Source: an uncultured Chthonomonadaceae bacterium
GTDB lineage: Bacteria; Armatimonadota; Chthonomonadetes; Chthonomonadales; Chthonomonadaceae
Direction: 5' to 3'
DNA length: 64,000 bases
Assembly: GCA_963835065.1 (NCBI GenBank)
Contig: CAWIEK010000001.1
Span: 1-64,000 of the forward strand
In this document: positions 11,501 to 21,238 of the stretch, one piece after another
How positions within the stretch are numbered: position 1 is the stretch's first letter
Layout of the letters: each line of letters begins with the position of its first letter
The notes under the pieces: generated by a model
What the model was told of the DNA's origin: nothing
What the model saw: only the letters and a program-made list of their open reading frames with translations
Database searches by the model: none
Made by a program: the position numbers and the translations under genes

Positions 11501-12390
11501 CAAATACATGGGACAGCCAGAACCGCATGACCAAGTGCGTCAACGGTACAAACACCAGCACGTTCACCTATGGCTGTGATGGTATCCGGCATAGTTCCGT
11601 CGTCAACGGCGTCAGCACCGACTTCGTTCTCGACAACAGCATGTTTGTGCGCGAACTGCACACTGGCAATGTGAAGGCCACTTACTTTATGGGTGCAAGC
11701 GGGCCAGCGTATCGCAGAGACGATGCGAATGGCGGAACCGTCCGATGGTACTTGTACGACGGCTTAGGCTCTGTTCTTGGGGAAGTAGACCCAAGCGGCA
11801 ACATTACGGGAACCAGAAAGCATGATGTATACGGACTTACCAGAGGCACGACCGGAACCATTACCAGCAAGCATGGCTTCGTAGGCAATCTAGGACATGC
11901 CAGCGAAGACGAAACCTGCCTCATCTACATGCAGCATCGGTATTATGATGCGCAGACAGGAAGGTTTGTTAGCGAGGATTCTGCTCATCAAGGTAGCAAT
12001 TGGCAGCCATATTGCGGCGACAATCCCGTATGCAATGTAGATCCCACTGGACTGTTCTTTTTGGGTGATATGCTATGGGGAACAACAAATGATAATACTG
12101 ACGCCATGATTGAAGCTGCGAACGCGCGTCTCACTCAACAATGGGGAGAAAATGCCATCCAGAGGATACTAACAAAATGGGCGGATCAGTTCGCAGAAGG
12201 TATATGGGACGAGACATTCACAAGTTCAAGCTGGACAGAAGGAGAAGCAGGTGCGTGGCGAATCGACCTAGTTGGGGTAGATGGCCGCTACCGAATTGCG
12301 CTTGATCTCACGCATGATGTTCCTCATGTCAACTGTTACGGCTGGGAGTATCCGCACTTTACTCCGATAAGCGATTTATTACCCTTCTGA
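8534..12390 (+). CDS. RHS/YD-repeat polymorphic toxin with DUF6531-like N-terminal domain (several apparent frameshifts at ~9670-10130)
   Basis: VNLCNGNL...LQRTYNSQ...FGTGWTHAY; YD repeats; core YMQHRYYDAQTGRFVSED...YCGDNPVCNVDPTG; C-terminal tip 12052-12390. Confidence 0.9.
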
Positions 12391-12444
12391 CAGTTCTACT
12401 CCAGCCACCATGAACTGCGTTCCCTATCTCGCATGAAAATGCCT

Positions 12445-12488
12445 CCCCTTCTTCCAAAATTGGAAGAAGGGGTCAGGGATTGAGGGCT
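12445..12488. repeat. REP-like hairpin (family of 4334, reverse orientation)
   Basis: ccccttcttccaaaattggaagaaggggtcagggattgagggct. Confidence 0.65.
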
Positions 12489-12504
12489 ATTTTCCAATTA
12501 ACCA

Positions 12505-12763
12505 CTAAGTACTCTGTTGGATTGAAGATTGATGTTTTGAAAAGGTGCTTTTATTCTCAAAACGTCCCAAACAAACTACGTTCTTCAATCCAACAGAGTA
12601 CTTCAGTACTCAGTTGGATTAGATTTCAGTGTTGTGTCTACCTATTCCGTCTACTACCCTATTTCAGATTGGAAACGCTACTTTGCGCGATTTTGACCTT
12701 GATGTAAATAGTAGACATGGCATGTAGACAGAAGCGCGATCTTCAATCCAACTGAGTACTTAG
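12505..12763. mobile_element. Tandem pair of MITE-like units sharing ~22-bp terminal inverted repeats
   Basis: aagtactctgttggattgaaga (12507) / tcttcaatccaacagagtactt (12582-12603); agtactcagttggatt (12605) / tcttcaatccaactgagtacttag (12740-12763). Confidence 0.75.
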
Positions 12764-12804
12764 AGGATGCTACAAGAGTTTATATCCTATAGGAGACTAA
12801 AATA

Positions 12805-13641
12805 ATGAGTAACAGAATTGCAGTTTTATTTCGTCGATCACTAATAACTCAAGGCACTAACCAAGACAATGTGAACTATTATATGTTAAGTGTAAGAGAT
12901 GAGAGATACCTTCGACCAAACATAAACATACAAACTGAATTAGTTAAATCATATGAGAATTGCGCATCCATCCCATGGGTTAGAAGTATGGATTTAAATA
13001 TTGATGATAAACTTTTAAACTTGACAATCAATAGCAATATTTTTCAAAAATTATTTTATATTGAAATATTTAGCAACATGAATTTGATGTTGTGGACCCG
13101 AAATATGTCTCAGCCACTAGTTGATAAAGCGGTTGCTCTTGATATATCTACCAAAAAGGTGGTGTATAATGCACATCCTTCGCTTAAATTGCCCCAGATA
13201 GCAATGTGCTATGAACTGAAAACATCGCGTGAGTTGGTCGAACTGTTATGGCCCGATTACGTAGGCAATCTTATCAATGCAGTTGGCATTGGGGTATATC
13301 CTTTCAGTAAACATATGTTGGATGAAGTAGAAAACTGTGACATTGATGAGCGTTTTAACAATTACAATAATTTAAATACTACAAATAAACCGTTATTATC
13401 TTCAGTTGAGCTTTTAAAAAACTGGCAATATACATTAGCACTGGACGTATCTAAGTACGATTCACCTGATTTATTTTACACCATACCAGCTTCATATGCA
13501 GAACAGTTTGAGTGGTGGATTGCCGACGCTGTGGAGCAAGAAGGTTACCGGCTTTATATTTTACCAATGTATGAAAACATTATCAAAAACTGGATTGGTT
13601 ATGGAATATTGCCGATTCTGGTGGATGAGGGCGTTAGATAG
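12805..13641 (+). CDS. AT-rich hypothetical protein, candidate RHS immunity protein
   Basis: 278-aa ORF with AGGAG RBS, strongly AT-rich relative to flanks, first gene after the toxin tip. Confidence 0.65.
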   Translation: MSNRIAVLFRRSLITQGTNQDNVNYYMLSVRDERYLRPNINIQTELVKSYENCASIPWVRSMDLNIDDKLLNLTINSNIFQKLFYIEIFSNMNLMLWTRNMSQPLVDKAVALDISTKKVVYNAHPSLKLPQIAMCYELKTSRELVELLWPDYVGNLINAVGIGVYPFSKHMLDEVENCDIDERFNNYNNLNTTNKPLLSSVELLKNWQYTLALDVSKYDSPDLFYTIPASYAEQFEWWIADAVEQEGYRLYILPMYENIIKNWIGYGILPILVDEGVR

Positions 13642-13745
13642 CTATGACATACCTTCCGATTTTTGAGGGTAGCTCATTTCTATGTATTCTAAACTTTTGT
13701 ACCAGGCAGTTCACTTCGTTCAACGTTTAAGCAGAATCCTACGCA

Positions 13746-14072
13746 ACGTGAACCTGTGCAACGGCAACCTGTTCAAGAGCTTCACCGATGTGCAGGTGTC
13801 GCCGGGACGAGGCGCAGGACTGGCCTTGCAGCGCACGTACAACTCTCAGGATGATAGACCCGGCGCGTTCGGGGTTGGCTGGACACATGCCTATGACATT
13901 CGGATGGAGGAAGAGAACCCAAGTACGAACGAGACGAGCGACAGCCTCAATGTGGCAGACAGGACAGACTTCTTCGGGGGCAAGCACAAGTACCATCGGG
14001 ATGCGGATGGCTTGTACTCCCCGCCCGCCTACCTCTTCGATGAGACGCAGAGCAGCTATCAGTAATTTCTTG
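13746..14072 (+). pseudogene. Duplicated fragment of the RHS N-terminal (DUF6531-like) region, terminated by TAA
   Basis: Near-identical to 8949-9275; differences mostly synonymous; CAG replaced by TAA at 14063. Confidence 0.9.
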
Positions 14073-14195
14073 AGCGCTTTATCTCTCAACGCTTAATGCT
14101 CAACGCTCAATTAGCAGGGAACTATCGCAAAGTCATGCGGCAGTTCCCTGCTGTTTTTTGCGTTGTTGAGGCTTTAATCGAATTGGGTGTTAAGC

Positions 14196-14332
14196 ACAAT
14201 ACCGTTCAAACAAGGCACTTTTCACCTCAAAAAGAACATGGTAGGGACACAACTTGTTGTGTCCGCGCTCTCATCTACCGGAAGAGGACACAACAAGTTG
14301 TGTCCCTACCAATGCTTATTTGAACGGTATTG
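14196..14332. repeat. Composite element: outer inverted repeats enclosing a GTAGGGAC...GTCCCTAC REP-type hairpin
   Basis: caataccgttcaaa / tttgaacggtattg outside; ggtagggacacaacttgttgtgtcc ... ggacacaacaagttgtgtccctacc inside. Confidence 0.75.
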
Positions 14333-14864
14333 GTGTTAAGCGTGGAGTTTTTGTGCCTGCTCCCTGCCTCCCGTGTTGGCGCGTCGTCGCTGTTGTTGTC
14401 TTCCCGCTTGTCCCACGCTTTCTGTCGAGAAGAGCCGGCGCTTCCCAGGCCGATGTGGAACGCCGATTTGCCGGCTTCTGTCACCGGCAGAACATCCCCC
14501 GGATTATAAAATTAAATTGGCTCGTTCCTCTATCCTGCGCTGCCCGTAGTGACTCTCTTGACTGACAACCTTTTTCCCTTCTATTTCCGATTCGTTTCCT
14601 TCCATTTTGGAACCTGCGCTCTTTCCCTGGCAAGGGCTATGTCTCCGGCAGGTATCTTTTCTTGAAAAACAGGCATCTATTAGTGGCGGCGCGTATGCGG
14701 CAATGACAGCGCCCTGCCGATAATGCCAGCGTTCACTCGAAAAATATATTTTCGCAAATACGGTCCTCTGTGCGACATAACTATGCTGCATTCTGTCAAG
14801 GTTGTTGAAACGCGCAGACAGTTCGAGTCGTCCATCTTTCGAGAGTCCACAAAGGGGTGATGCT

Positions 14865-15509
14865 ATGCAAACGCAACATGTTGGTTCGTGGAAACGCGGG
14901 CTGGTTTTCCTGATGGCTGCGGCGGGCGTGTGTTTCTATACGACAAAGCGCTCTCAGCCGCCCCTGCCGCCGGTTCCGCAAACGACGCTCAACCATATCG
15001 TGGATGCGGCGGAACCGCTGTGCCGCCTCCTTGTGCCCGATAAGGATGTGCTGCATTTCACGGCCCATGCTTTGCACGGCTCGCACCCCAACGGCTCCGC
15101 CTATAATTTGTGGGCGATAGAGTGTTTGGACAACGCCGGAAAAGAAATCGTGCATGTCCTGTGGGATGAGGACGGCAAGCGCTGCATCAGCATCAGCCAG
15201 GTTCCCGGCGAGTCCGCGCGCCTCTCCCGGCAGCCCGAAATAAGCCGGAAAACCGCGCTTGCTTCCGCCCGCGATTGGGTTTCACGCCTGCATGTCGCCG
15301 ATCCGACACAGGCCGCAAACGCGCCGAGTGAACTGCACAAGTGGGACAACAGTTGGCGCGTCTTCCTGCGCCTGCCGGACGGCCTAGCAACCCTGCGCAT
15401 TGACGCCCATTCGGGAGAGTTATCGGATTTCCTGATACGCCCCTCATCCGATGCGCCTCCGATGCAAGCCGCCAATCCGTCGAAAGACAACGCCGTTCCG
15501 CGCGGCTGA
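14865..15509 (+). CDS. Hypothetical membrane-anchored/exported protein
   Basis: AAGGGG RBS, N-terminal hydrophobic segment, no recognised family. Confidence 0.6.
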   Translation: MQTQHVGSWKRGLVFLMAAAGVCFYTTKRSQPPLPPVPQTTLNHIVDAAEPLCRLLVPDKDVLHFTAHALHGSHPNGSAYNLWAIECLDNAGKEIVHVLWDEDGKRCISISQVPGESARLSRQPEISRKTALASARDWVSRLHVADPTQAANAPSELHKWDNSWRVFLRLPDGLATLRIDAHSGELSDFLIRPSSDAPPMQAANPSKDNAVPRG

Positions 15510-15542
15510 AGCCAACAATCTAAAACAAAGTTCCTATAATAC

Positions 15543-15587
15543 AAAAAAGCCGCCCGCGAATGTAGCGCAGACATTCGCGGGCGGCTT
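15543..15587 (-). terminator. Intrinsic terminator downstream of serA
   Basis: aagccgcccgcgaatgt / acattcgcgggcggctt stem, with an A-tract that gives a U-tail on the minus strand. Confidence 0.85.
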
Positions 15588-15609
15588 GATATTACTGAAT
15601 TGGAGTACG

Positions 15610-17220
15610 TTAGAGGGTGACGAGTTGGGCGGCTTCCATGCCGGAAATGCCCCGTATCTGCTGCATTAATTCGGGCGCAATCGGCTCGTCGAGCAGCAGC
15701 GCCATGATCGCGCGCCCGCCGACGGACTCGCGCCCAACGTTCATGCCCGCGATGTTGATGTGGTTGCTGCCGAGCAGGGTTCCCACCTTGCCGACGATGC
15801 CGGGCGCGTCCGTGTGCTGCGTGACGATCATGGCTCCGCGCGGTATCAGGTCTACGTGGTAGCCGTCAATATGCACGATATGCGCTTCGCCGTTGTAGAC
15901 CGTACCGCAAATGGTGCGGTCGCCGCCGGGCAGATGCGCGCGCACCGACAGCAGGCACGTATGGTCGGGCGTGGCGGGCCGCTTCGACTCGACCACTTTG
16001 ATGCCTTTGGCTTCGGCAAGGGAGGGCGCGTTGACCATGTTCACATCGTTGTCGCTGCCGGGAGTCATCAGGCCGCGCAAAACGGCGCGGGTAATCGGAC
16101 TGGTGGGCACGCCGCTCCATTCGCCGTTGAAAACCACTTCCACTTCGTTGATGGCGCGTCCCTCATGTGCCGCGTCCCGCGCCAACTGGATGTGCAGGCT
16201 GCCGATCTTTTCCGCAAGGGTCAGATACGGCGCCACCGCCTGCATTTCCGTTTCGGAAAGCGCGGGCAGGTTGACAGCGGTGCGGGCGGGACGGCCTTGC
16301 AGCACGTCTACGATCTGCTCGCACACGTCTACGGCGACCTTGATTTGCGCTTCCTCGCTGGACGCGCCCAGGTGCGGGGTTAGAACGTTGTTGGCGGCGA
16401 CATCGGCGGCCAGCAGGGGATTGTCGGCATCCGGCGGCTCTTTGGTGAACACGTCTACGGCATACCCGCCCACTTTGCCGCTCCGTACCGCGTCGGCAAG
16501 CGCGGCCTCGTCAATGATGCCGCCCCGCGCAACATTGATGATGCGAACGCCGTCCTTCATTTGCGCGAACTGATGGCTCCCGATCAGGCCCCGCGTGTCG
16601 TTGTTGAGCGGCGTATGCACCGTGATGTAATCGCTGCGCGTCACCAGATCGTCCAGCGACACGGGTTCCACGCCCAACTTCCGCGTTTCTTCCTCGCTGA
16701 CGAACGGGTTGTAGGCGATCAGTTCCACTTCGAAGCCGCGCAAGCGCTGCGCAACCGCGTACCCGATTTTGCCCAAGCCGACAATGCCGACCGTTTTGCC
16801 GTACAGCTCGTTGCCGACGAATTTCTTTCTGTCCCACTTGCCGGCTTTCATTGTGGCGTCGCCCTGCGCGATTTTGCGGGCAAGGGCGAGCATCAGTCCG
16901 ACGGTCAATTCGGCAGCCGCGAGCGTGTTGCCGTCCGGCGAGTTGACGACGACCACGCCCTTTTGCGTGGCCGCGCTCACATCTATGTTGTCCACGCCCA
17001 CACCCGCGCGCCCGATGATTTGCAGTTTGTTGGCCGCGCCCAGAATGTCGCTCGTCACTTTGGTTTCGCTGCGCACGGCAAGCGCGTCGTATTCGCCGAT
17101 AATGGCTTTGAGTTCTTCGGGCTTCAGCCCGGTTTTGACATCTACGGTGATGTCGGCAATGGCGCGTAATTTGGCGATGCCCGCTTCGGCAAGCGGGTCG
17201 CTGACCAGCACTTTCGGCAT
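15610..17220 (-). CDS. serA: D-3-phosphoglycerate dehydrogenase (ASB+ACT type)
   Basis: GRAGVGVDNID, GIVGLGKIG, TPHLGASSEEAQ, C-terminal ACT domain HTDAPGIVGKVGTLLG. Confidence 0.96.
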   Translation of the reverse strand: MPKVLVSDPLAEAGIAKLRAIADITVDVKTGLKPEELKAIIGEYDALAVRSETKVTSDILGAANKLQIIGRAGVGVDNIDVSAATQKGVVVVNSPDGNTLAAAELTVGLMLALARKIAQGDATMKAGKWDRKKFVGNELYGKTVGIVGLGKIGYAVAQRLRGFEVELIAYNPFVSEEETRKLGVEPVSLDDLVTRSDYITVHTPLNNDTRGLIGSHQFAQMKDGVRIINVARGGIIDEAALADAVRSGKVGGYAVDVFTKEPPDADNPLLAADVAANNVLTPHLGASSEEAQIKVAVDVCEQIVDVLQGRPARTAVNLPALSETEMQAVAPYLTLAEKIGSLHIQLARDAAHEGRAINEVEVVFNGEWSGVPTSPITRAVLRGLMTPGSDNDVNMVNAPSLAEAKGIKVVESKRPATPDHTCLLSVRAHLPGGDRTICGTVYNGEAHIVHIDGYHVDLIPRGAMIVTQHTDAPGIVGKVGTLLGSNHINIAGMNVGRESVGGRAIMALLLDEPIAPELMQQIRGISGMEAAQLVTL

Positions 17221-17447
17221 GTTGTTCTCCTAAAATTATGAACCGCGAAAAACGCGAAAAGACGCGAAAAGAAAGGCAGGAAAATTACGCAATGAATTTT
17301 CTCGCCCGACAAGCATACCGGAAAGCAGGGGAAAGTGTCAACGCGGGAAATGTCTTGACTCACTCACCTTACGCAATCGAGCATTTTGAATGATGTCTGC
17401 ATAAGAGGAGGTTATAGGAGACCAACCCGGCAATGCCGGGCAAGGCG

Positions 17448-18738
17448 TCAGGATTGCGCGATGTGGGCGAGAAGGCGTGTTGTGCCGTCTTCCTGTTGGA
17501 GCATCAGGCGGTAGCGGCCTGTGGGAAGCATCAGGCAGGGGAGCGGCTGGTCGGCGATGAGCAGGACTTGATCCATCGGAATGGCCTCGTCGGGTTCCGC
17601 TGCGACAAACGCCTGCGCCAATGCGCGACCGGAGGCGGGCTGCCACTCCGGTTTAAGCGCGTAGGGACGGCGATAACCTGCCATTGCCAGCCAGTCGGGA
17701 CGCCCCTGCACTGCCTGCGCGGGCGGATGAAACACCTGCATATCCACTTTGCCGCTGTACTCGCCGATCACGCCATACGCGCCGTCCGGGTTACGGAAAA
17801 CGGAGGGGCGGGTCATGCCTGCCCGCGCTAGCACTTCTCGATAGCCGGGAGTTTCCCGTTCCGGGCTGCTGTGTTCGTCGGCCTCAGTCTGCTCTATCGT
17901 CAGTGGATCAATGCCGGTATTTTGTTTCAAGCGGGCGGCCATCCATGCCCGGATGCTTCCGTCCGGCTGCGTATCCCACGTTTTGGCAAGGTGACTGAAG
18001 CCGACGTAGATAAAGACGCGGGCGTTGGGATCGTTCTGAAAGATGCGCTCGGTGAGATTACGCGCCTGCGCCGTTTCCCGAATTGTAACGCCGTCTGCCC
18101 CGGTTTCTACTCTGGTTTCACCGGCGCTTTTGTTCTGCTTCGGGGTTGTTTGCTTCAGTGTCGTCGGCTTCTGCTTTGCGGTTTTTCGGAGGGCGCGCTT
18201 CATAGTCTACAAAGCGGTAGCCGACGCGCAGCGCCTGCCGTACCAGATCACCAAAGACGGGTTCCTCGCTGTAAAAGCCGGTTCCCCGATTGGGATAGCC
18301 TTTGCGAACGGTATCCTGAATGTCACTGCCGAACGTTTCCGCCGCGAAATACGTGAAACCCTGTTGGCGCAGGGCAAGCGCGAGCGGCAGGGCAAAAGCG
18401 CGGCAGCGCGGGACATGATGCGCCTCATTCAGAATCACGATCTGGCGTCCCTGCGCGGCCCGCAGGATTTCAGGCAGGGCTTCCAGGCAGGTCGCGTTCT
18501 CCTGCAGCGTGGGCGCGGGGTCGGCGCTGTAATCGCGCTGCTCCACGCTGTCGAAGGCTTCGAGCGCGCCCCGCGTATCGCCGACAAAAGCGCGTATCGC
18601 CGCAAGGATTTGCATAGTCATGCTGCGCTCGTCCGGGTCGGTCAGGGATGGCAGGCAGGCTTCCAAGTTCGCAAGCGTTTGCAGATACTGCCCCTGCTCT
18701 TCCAGAGGCGCAAACAGGTCACGGAAGTTCGGCATCAT
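17448..18738 (-). CDS. Conserved-looking hypothetical protein, frameshifted near 18160-18200
   Basis: Two consecutive ORFs (IVILNEAHHVPRCR...FAAETF; RETAQARNL...YVGFSH) read as one gene. Confidence 0.6.
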
Positions 18739-18779
18739 TGCGTTTTCTCTTTCGCAGCAAACACTCTTTTCGCGCTTTA

Positions 18780-19292
18780 CTACTCTGCTTCAGCGCAAAC
18801 ACGAGTGTAAACGTCAAACGCTTCCTCGCTGAAACAAACGAAAATCACCTTTTCGATTTCCGGGGTCAATTCCAGCGCGGCCAGTGTTTCTCGTATGGCA
18901 ATGCGGGTCGCGCGTTCAAGGGGAAAATGGTAGATGCCGGTGCTGATGGCGGGAAAGGCAAGAGTACGCAAATGATGCTGCGCGGCAAGCGCAAAACTGT
19001 TGCGGTAACAGCCGGCCAGCAGGTCGTCCTCGCCGCTGCCGCCGCCTTGCCACACCGGGCCGACCGTATGAATCACATACCGCGCAGGCAGATTATACCC
19101 TCCGGTGATTTTCGCCTGCCCGGTTTTGCAGCCATGCAGCAGGCGGCACTCCTGTACCAACTGCGGCCCCGCCGCCCGATGAATGGCTCCATCCACGCCC
19201 CCGCCGCCGAGCAGGGAGGTATTGGCCGCGTTCACAATCGCGTCGGCCTGTATTCTGGTAATATCTCCCTGTACAATCTCAATGCGTTCCAT
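18780..19292 (-). CDS. Macro domain protein (O-acetyl-ADP-ribose deacetylase, YmdB-like)
   Basis: [46 protein letters not shown]. Confidence 0.93.
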   Translation of the reverse strand: MERIEIVQGDITRIQADAIVNAANTSLLGGGGVDGAIHRAAGPQLVQECRLLHGCKTGQAKITGGYNLPARYVIHTVGPVWQGGGSGEDDLLAGCYRNSFALAAQHHLRTLAFPAISTGIYHFPLERATRIAIRETLAALELTPEIEKVIFVCFSEEAFDVYTRVCAEAE

Positions 19293-19426
19293 ACGCAATT
19301 CTCTTTTCTTCTTTTGGGCGGTTTCCGGTTTGGAGTTTCCGAAATGAGTGCGTTGTTCTATATCAAGCGTCGGCGCGAAGGGGTTCAGACCGTCGCGCCA
19401 AATTACAGGTACTCACAGGAGGTTTT

Positions 19427-19816
19427 ATGCCAACCAGTATTTTCAAATCCGTACATCCCATCGGGGATACCGACCCGCGTGCTTTGCCCGTTCAGGACGT
19501 GGCTGCCGCCGTTGCGTTTTACACGACGCATTTGGGCTTTGCCGTAACCGGCGAAACGGAAACGCCCGTCCGCTCCCGAACCCTGCGCCGCGATGACGTG
19601 GAACTGGTTCTGGCGGAAAACGGCGGCGACCCGGAACAGGCCAGCGTGTACATCGAAACCAGTGACGTGGACGCGGCGCGGGCGGAACTGGAACCGCAAG
19701 GACTGGACATTTCTCCCCTGCGTACCGACATACACGGCGGCAGTACCTACCGCGTGTTCTTTGTCCGCGCCCCGGACAGCCTGTGCTACTGCATCGGGCA
19801 GAAGCAGGCGCAGTAA
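19427..19816 (+). CDS. VOC/glyoxalase family protein
   Basis: LPVQDVAAAVAFYTTHLGF...FFVRAPD; GGAGG RBS. Confidence 0.85.
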   Translation: MPTSIFKSVHPIGDTDPRALPVQDVAAAVAFYTTHLGFAVTGETETPVRSRTLRRDDVELVLAENGGDPEQASVYIETSDVDAARAELEPQGLDISPLRTDIHGGSTYRVFFVRAPDSLCYCIGQKQAQ

Positions 19817-20139
19817 CGGCTTTCCCAATGGCCCTCAATGGATGGCGTCCACTTGTGGACATACCCCTTTTCCCAAATTTGAGAGCAGGGGAACCTCCTG
19901 GAATAGATTCTTAGTTTTTCAGGTTTGTTCTGTATTTTCGCCGTTCCTATAGCCCTCTTTGTTTGCGTTGCGACACCCGTACAACGTAAACAAAGCGGGC
20001 TATGTTCGTTTTATTTTCAATTAATTTTCAAATGCAGGCGCTTGTTCCAACTTTTTCCTCTTCTGCGGCGACATAAGCAATAAGCGGTTCCTTTTTCGGC
20101 TCCAATAATCTCGGTTCGGGAAATCCCCATCCCGAACTT

Positions 20140-20829
20140 TTGGCTCGAAACGGCTCCGCGCCGATTGCCCTCCGCGCGAAAGGCTTGTTTGCCGTGAATG
20201 TACTCCGGCTTTTCACAACCCGCATTGTCGGCAAGGAAAACCCCGCAAATGCCGCCGATCCTGAGCATCGGCTGGTAGAAGCGGCGCAGCGGGGCGACCA
20301 TGCCGCGTTCGACTTGCTGACGCAGGCTTATACGCCGCTGTTGCGGGGATTTGTGCTGCGTCGCGTTGGCGCGTCGGCGGTGGAAGACGTGCTGCAGGAA
20401 ACGCTGATTGCCGGATGGACGGCGCTGCCCGGTTATACCCGCCGCGCCCGCTTCAAAGCCTGGATATTCGCCATTGCTCTGCGCAAATGCGCCGACTATC
20501 ACCGCCTGCGCGGGCGTTCCGTCGTGGAAGCGCCCCTGGAACTGGCGGAGTTCGTCGCTGATACGCGCGCGGATTGGCGCGGGGCTGCGGAATGGAAGCA
20601 AACCGTACGGGACTTGCTGACCCTGTTGCCGGAGGAACAGCGGGAAGTGATCGAGCTGTACTATTATGCCGAACTCACCTTGCCGGAAATCGCCGCCACG
20701 CTGGAGCGCAACCTCAACACCGTGAAGTACCAGTTCTATCGCGGGCACACGCGGATGGAGCGGGAACTGTCGGGGGAAGTCCGCGCGCCGGAGCGCAAGG
20801 TGGGCAGAAAGGTTGTCAATCCGCGATGA
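20140..20829 (+). CDS. ECF sigma-70 factor (start uncertain)
   Basis: Region 2 (AVEDVLQET...FKAWIFAIA) and region 4 (LPEEQREVIEL...EIAATLERNLNTVK). Confidence 0.88.
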   Translation: MARNGSAPIALRAKGLFAVNVLRLFTTRIVGKENPANAADPEHRLVEAAQRGDHAAFDLLTQAYTPLLRGFVLRRVGASAVEDVLQETLIAGWTALPGYTRRARFKAWIFAIALRKCADYHRLRGRSVVEAPLELAEFVADTRADWRGAAEWKQTVRDLLTLLPEEQREVIELYYYAELTLPEIAATLERNLNTVKYQFYRGHTRMERELSGEVRAPERKVGRKVVNPR

Positions 20830-21227
20830 CGTGTGACAGGCGCGATCAAGAATTGCTGCTGCTGGCGCATGGCGCGCTTTCCCTCCCGCGCAGTCTTGCG
20901 GTGCGGGCGCATCTGCGTCGGTGCGACTTTTGCCGCCAGCGCTATACCCGCCTGGCGCAAGTCTCGTCCACGCTGGCGGGGGCGTTGAGCGCGGCCAACA
21001 CAACGCCCTGGACGCCGGCCTGGGGCGTGGCGCGGACACCGCCTTCTGCGTTCCGCCCGCGCCTGCTCCTCGGCCTGTCGGCGTTGCTGCTGGCCGTGAT
21101 TTGCGCGGCCCTGTATCTCGCTTATTCCAGGCCACCCGCGTCCTGTAATCATGGAGGGATTCCCGCGCCCTCCCTTTCTGCGCCCTCCCGCGCGCTAACC
21201 ACGCCTGATGATCCGTGTCGTCAATAA
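20826..21227 (+). CDS. Zinc-finger (HxxxCxxC) membrane anti-sigma factor
   Basis: ATGA overlap with the sigma stop; HLRRCDFC; TM segment LLLGLSALLLAVICAALYLAY. Confidence 0.85.
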   Translation: MTCDRRDQELLLLAHGALSLPRSLAVRAHLRRCDFCRQRYTRLAQVSSTLAGALSAANTTPWTPAWGVARTPPSAFRPRLLLGLSALLLAVICAALYLAYSRPPASCNHGGIPAPSLSAPSRALTTPDDPCRQ

Positions 21228-21238
21228 AGGAGAATTCT

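Noticed and set aside
12505..12763. Mini CRISPR array
   Set aside because: Repeats alternate in orientation and spacing is irregular, which fits terminal inverted repeats.
13682..14065. 127-aa ORF as a functional orphan RHS gene
   Set aside because: The first 21 codons are unrelated AT-rich sequence, there is no toxin tip, and homology ends at a stop; treated as a fragment.
13746..14072. DGR template/variable repeat pair with 8949-9275
   Set aside because: Mismatches are mostly synonymous and not confined to adenines, the target is not C-terminal, and no reverse transcriptase is in the window.
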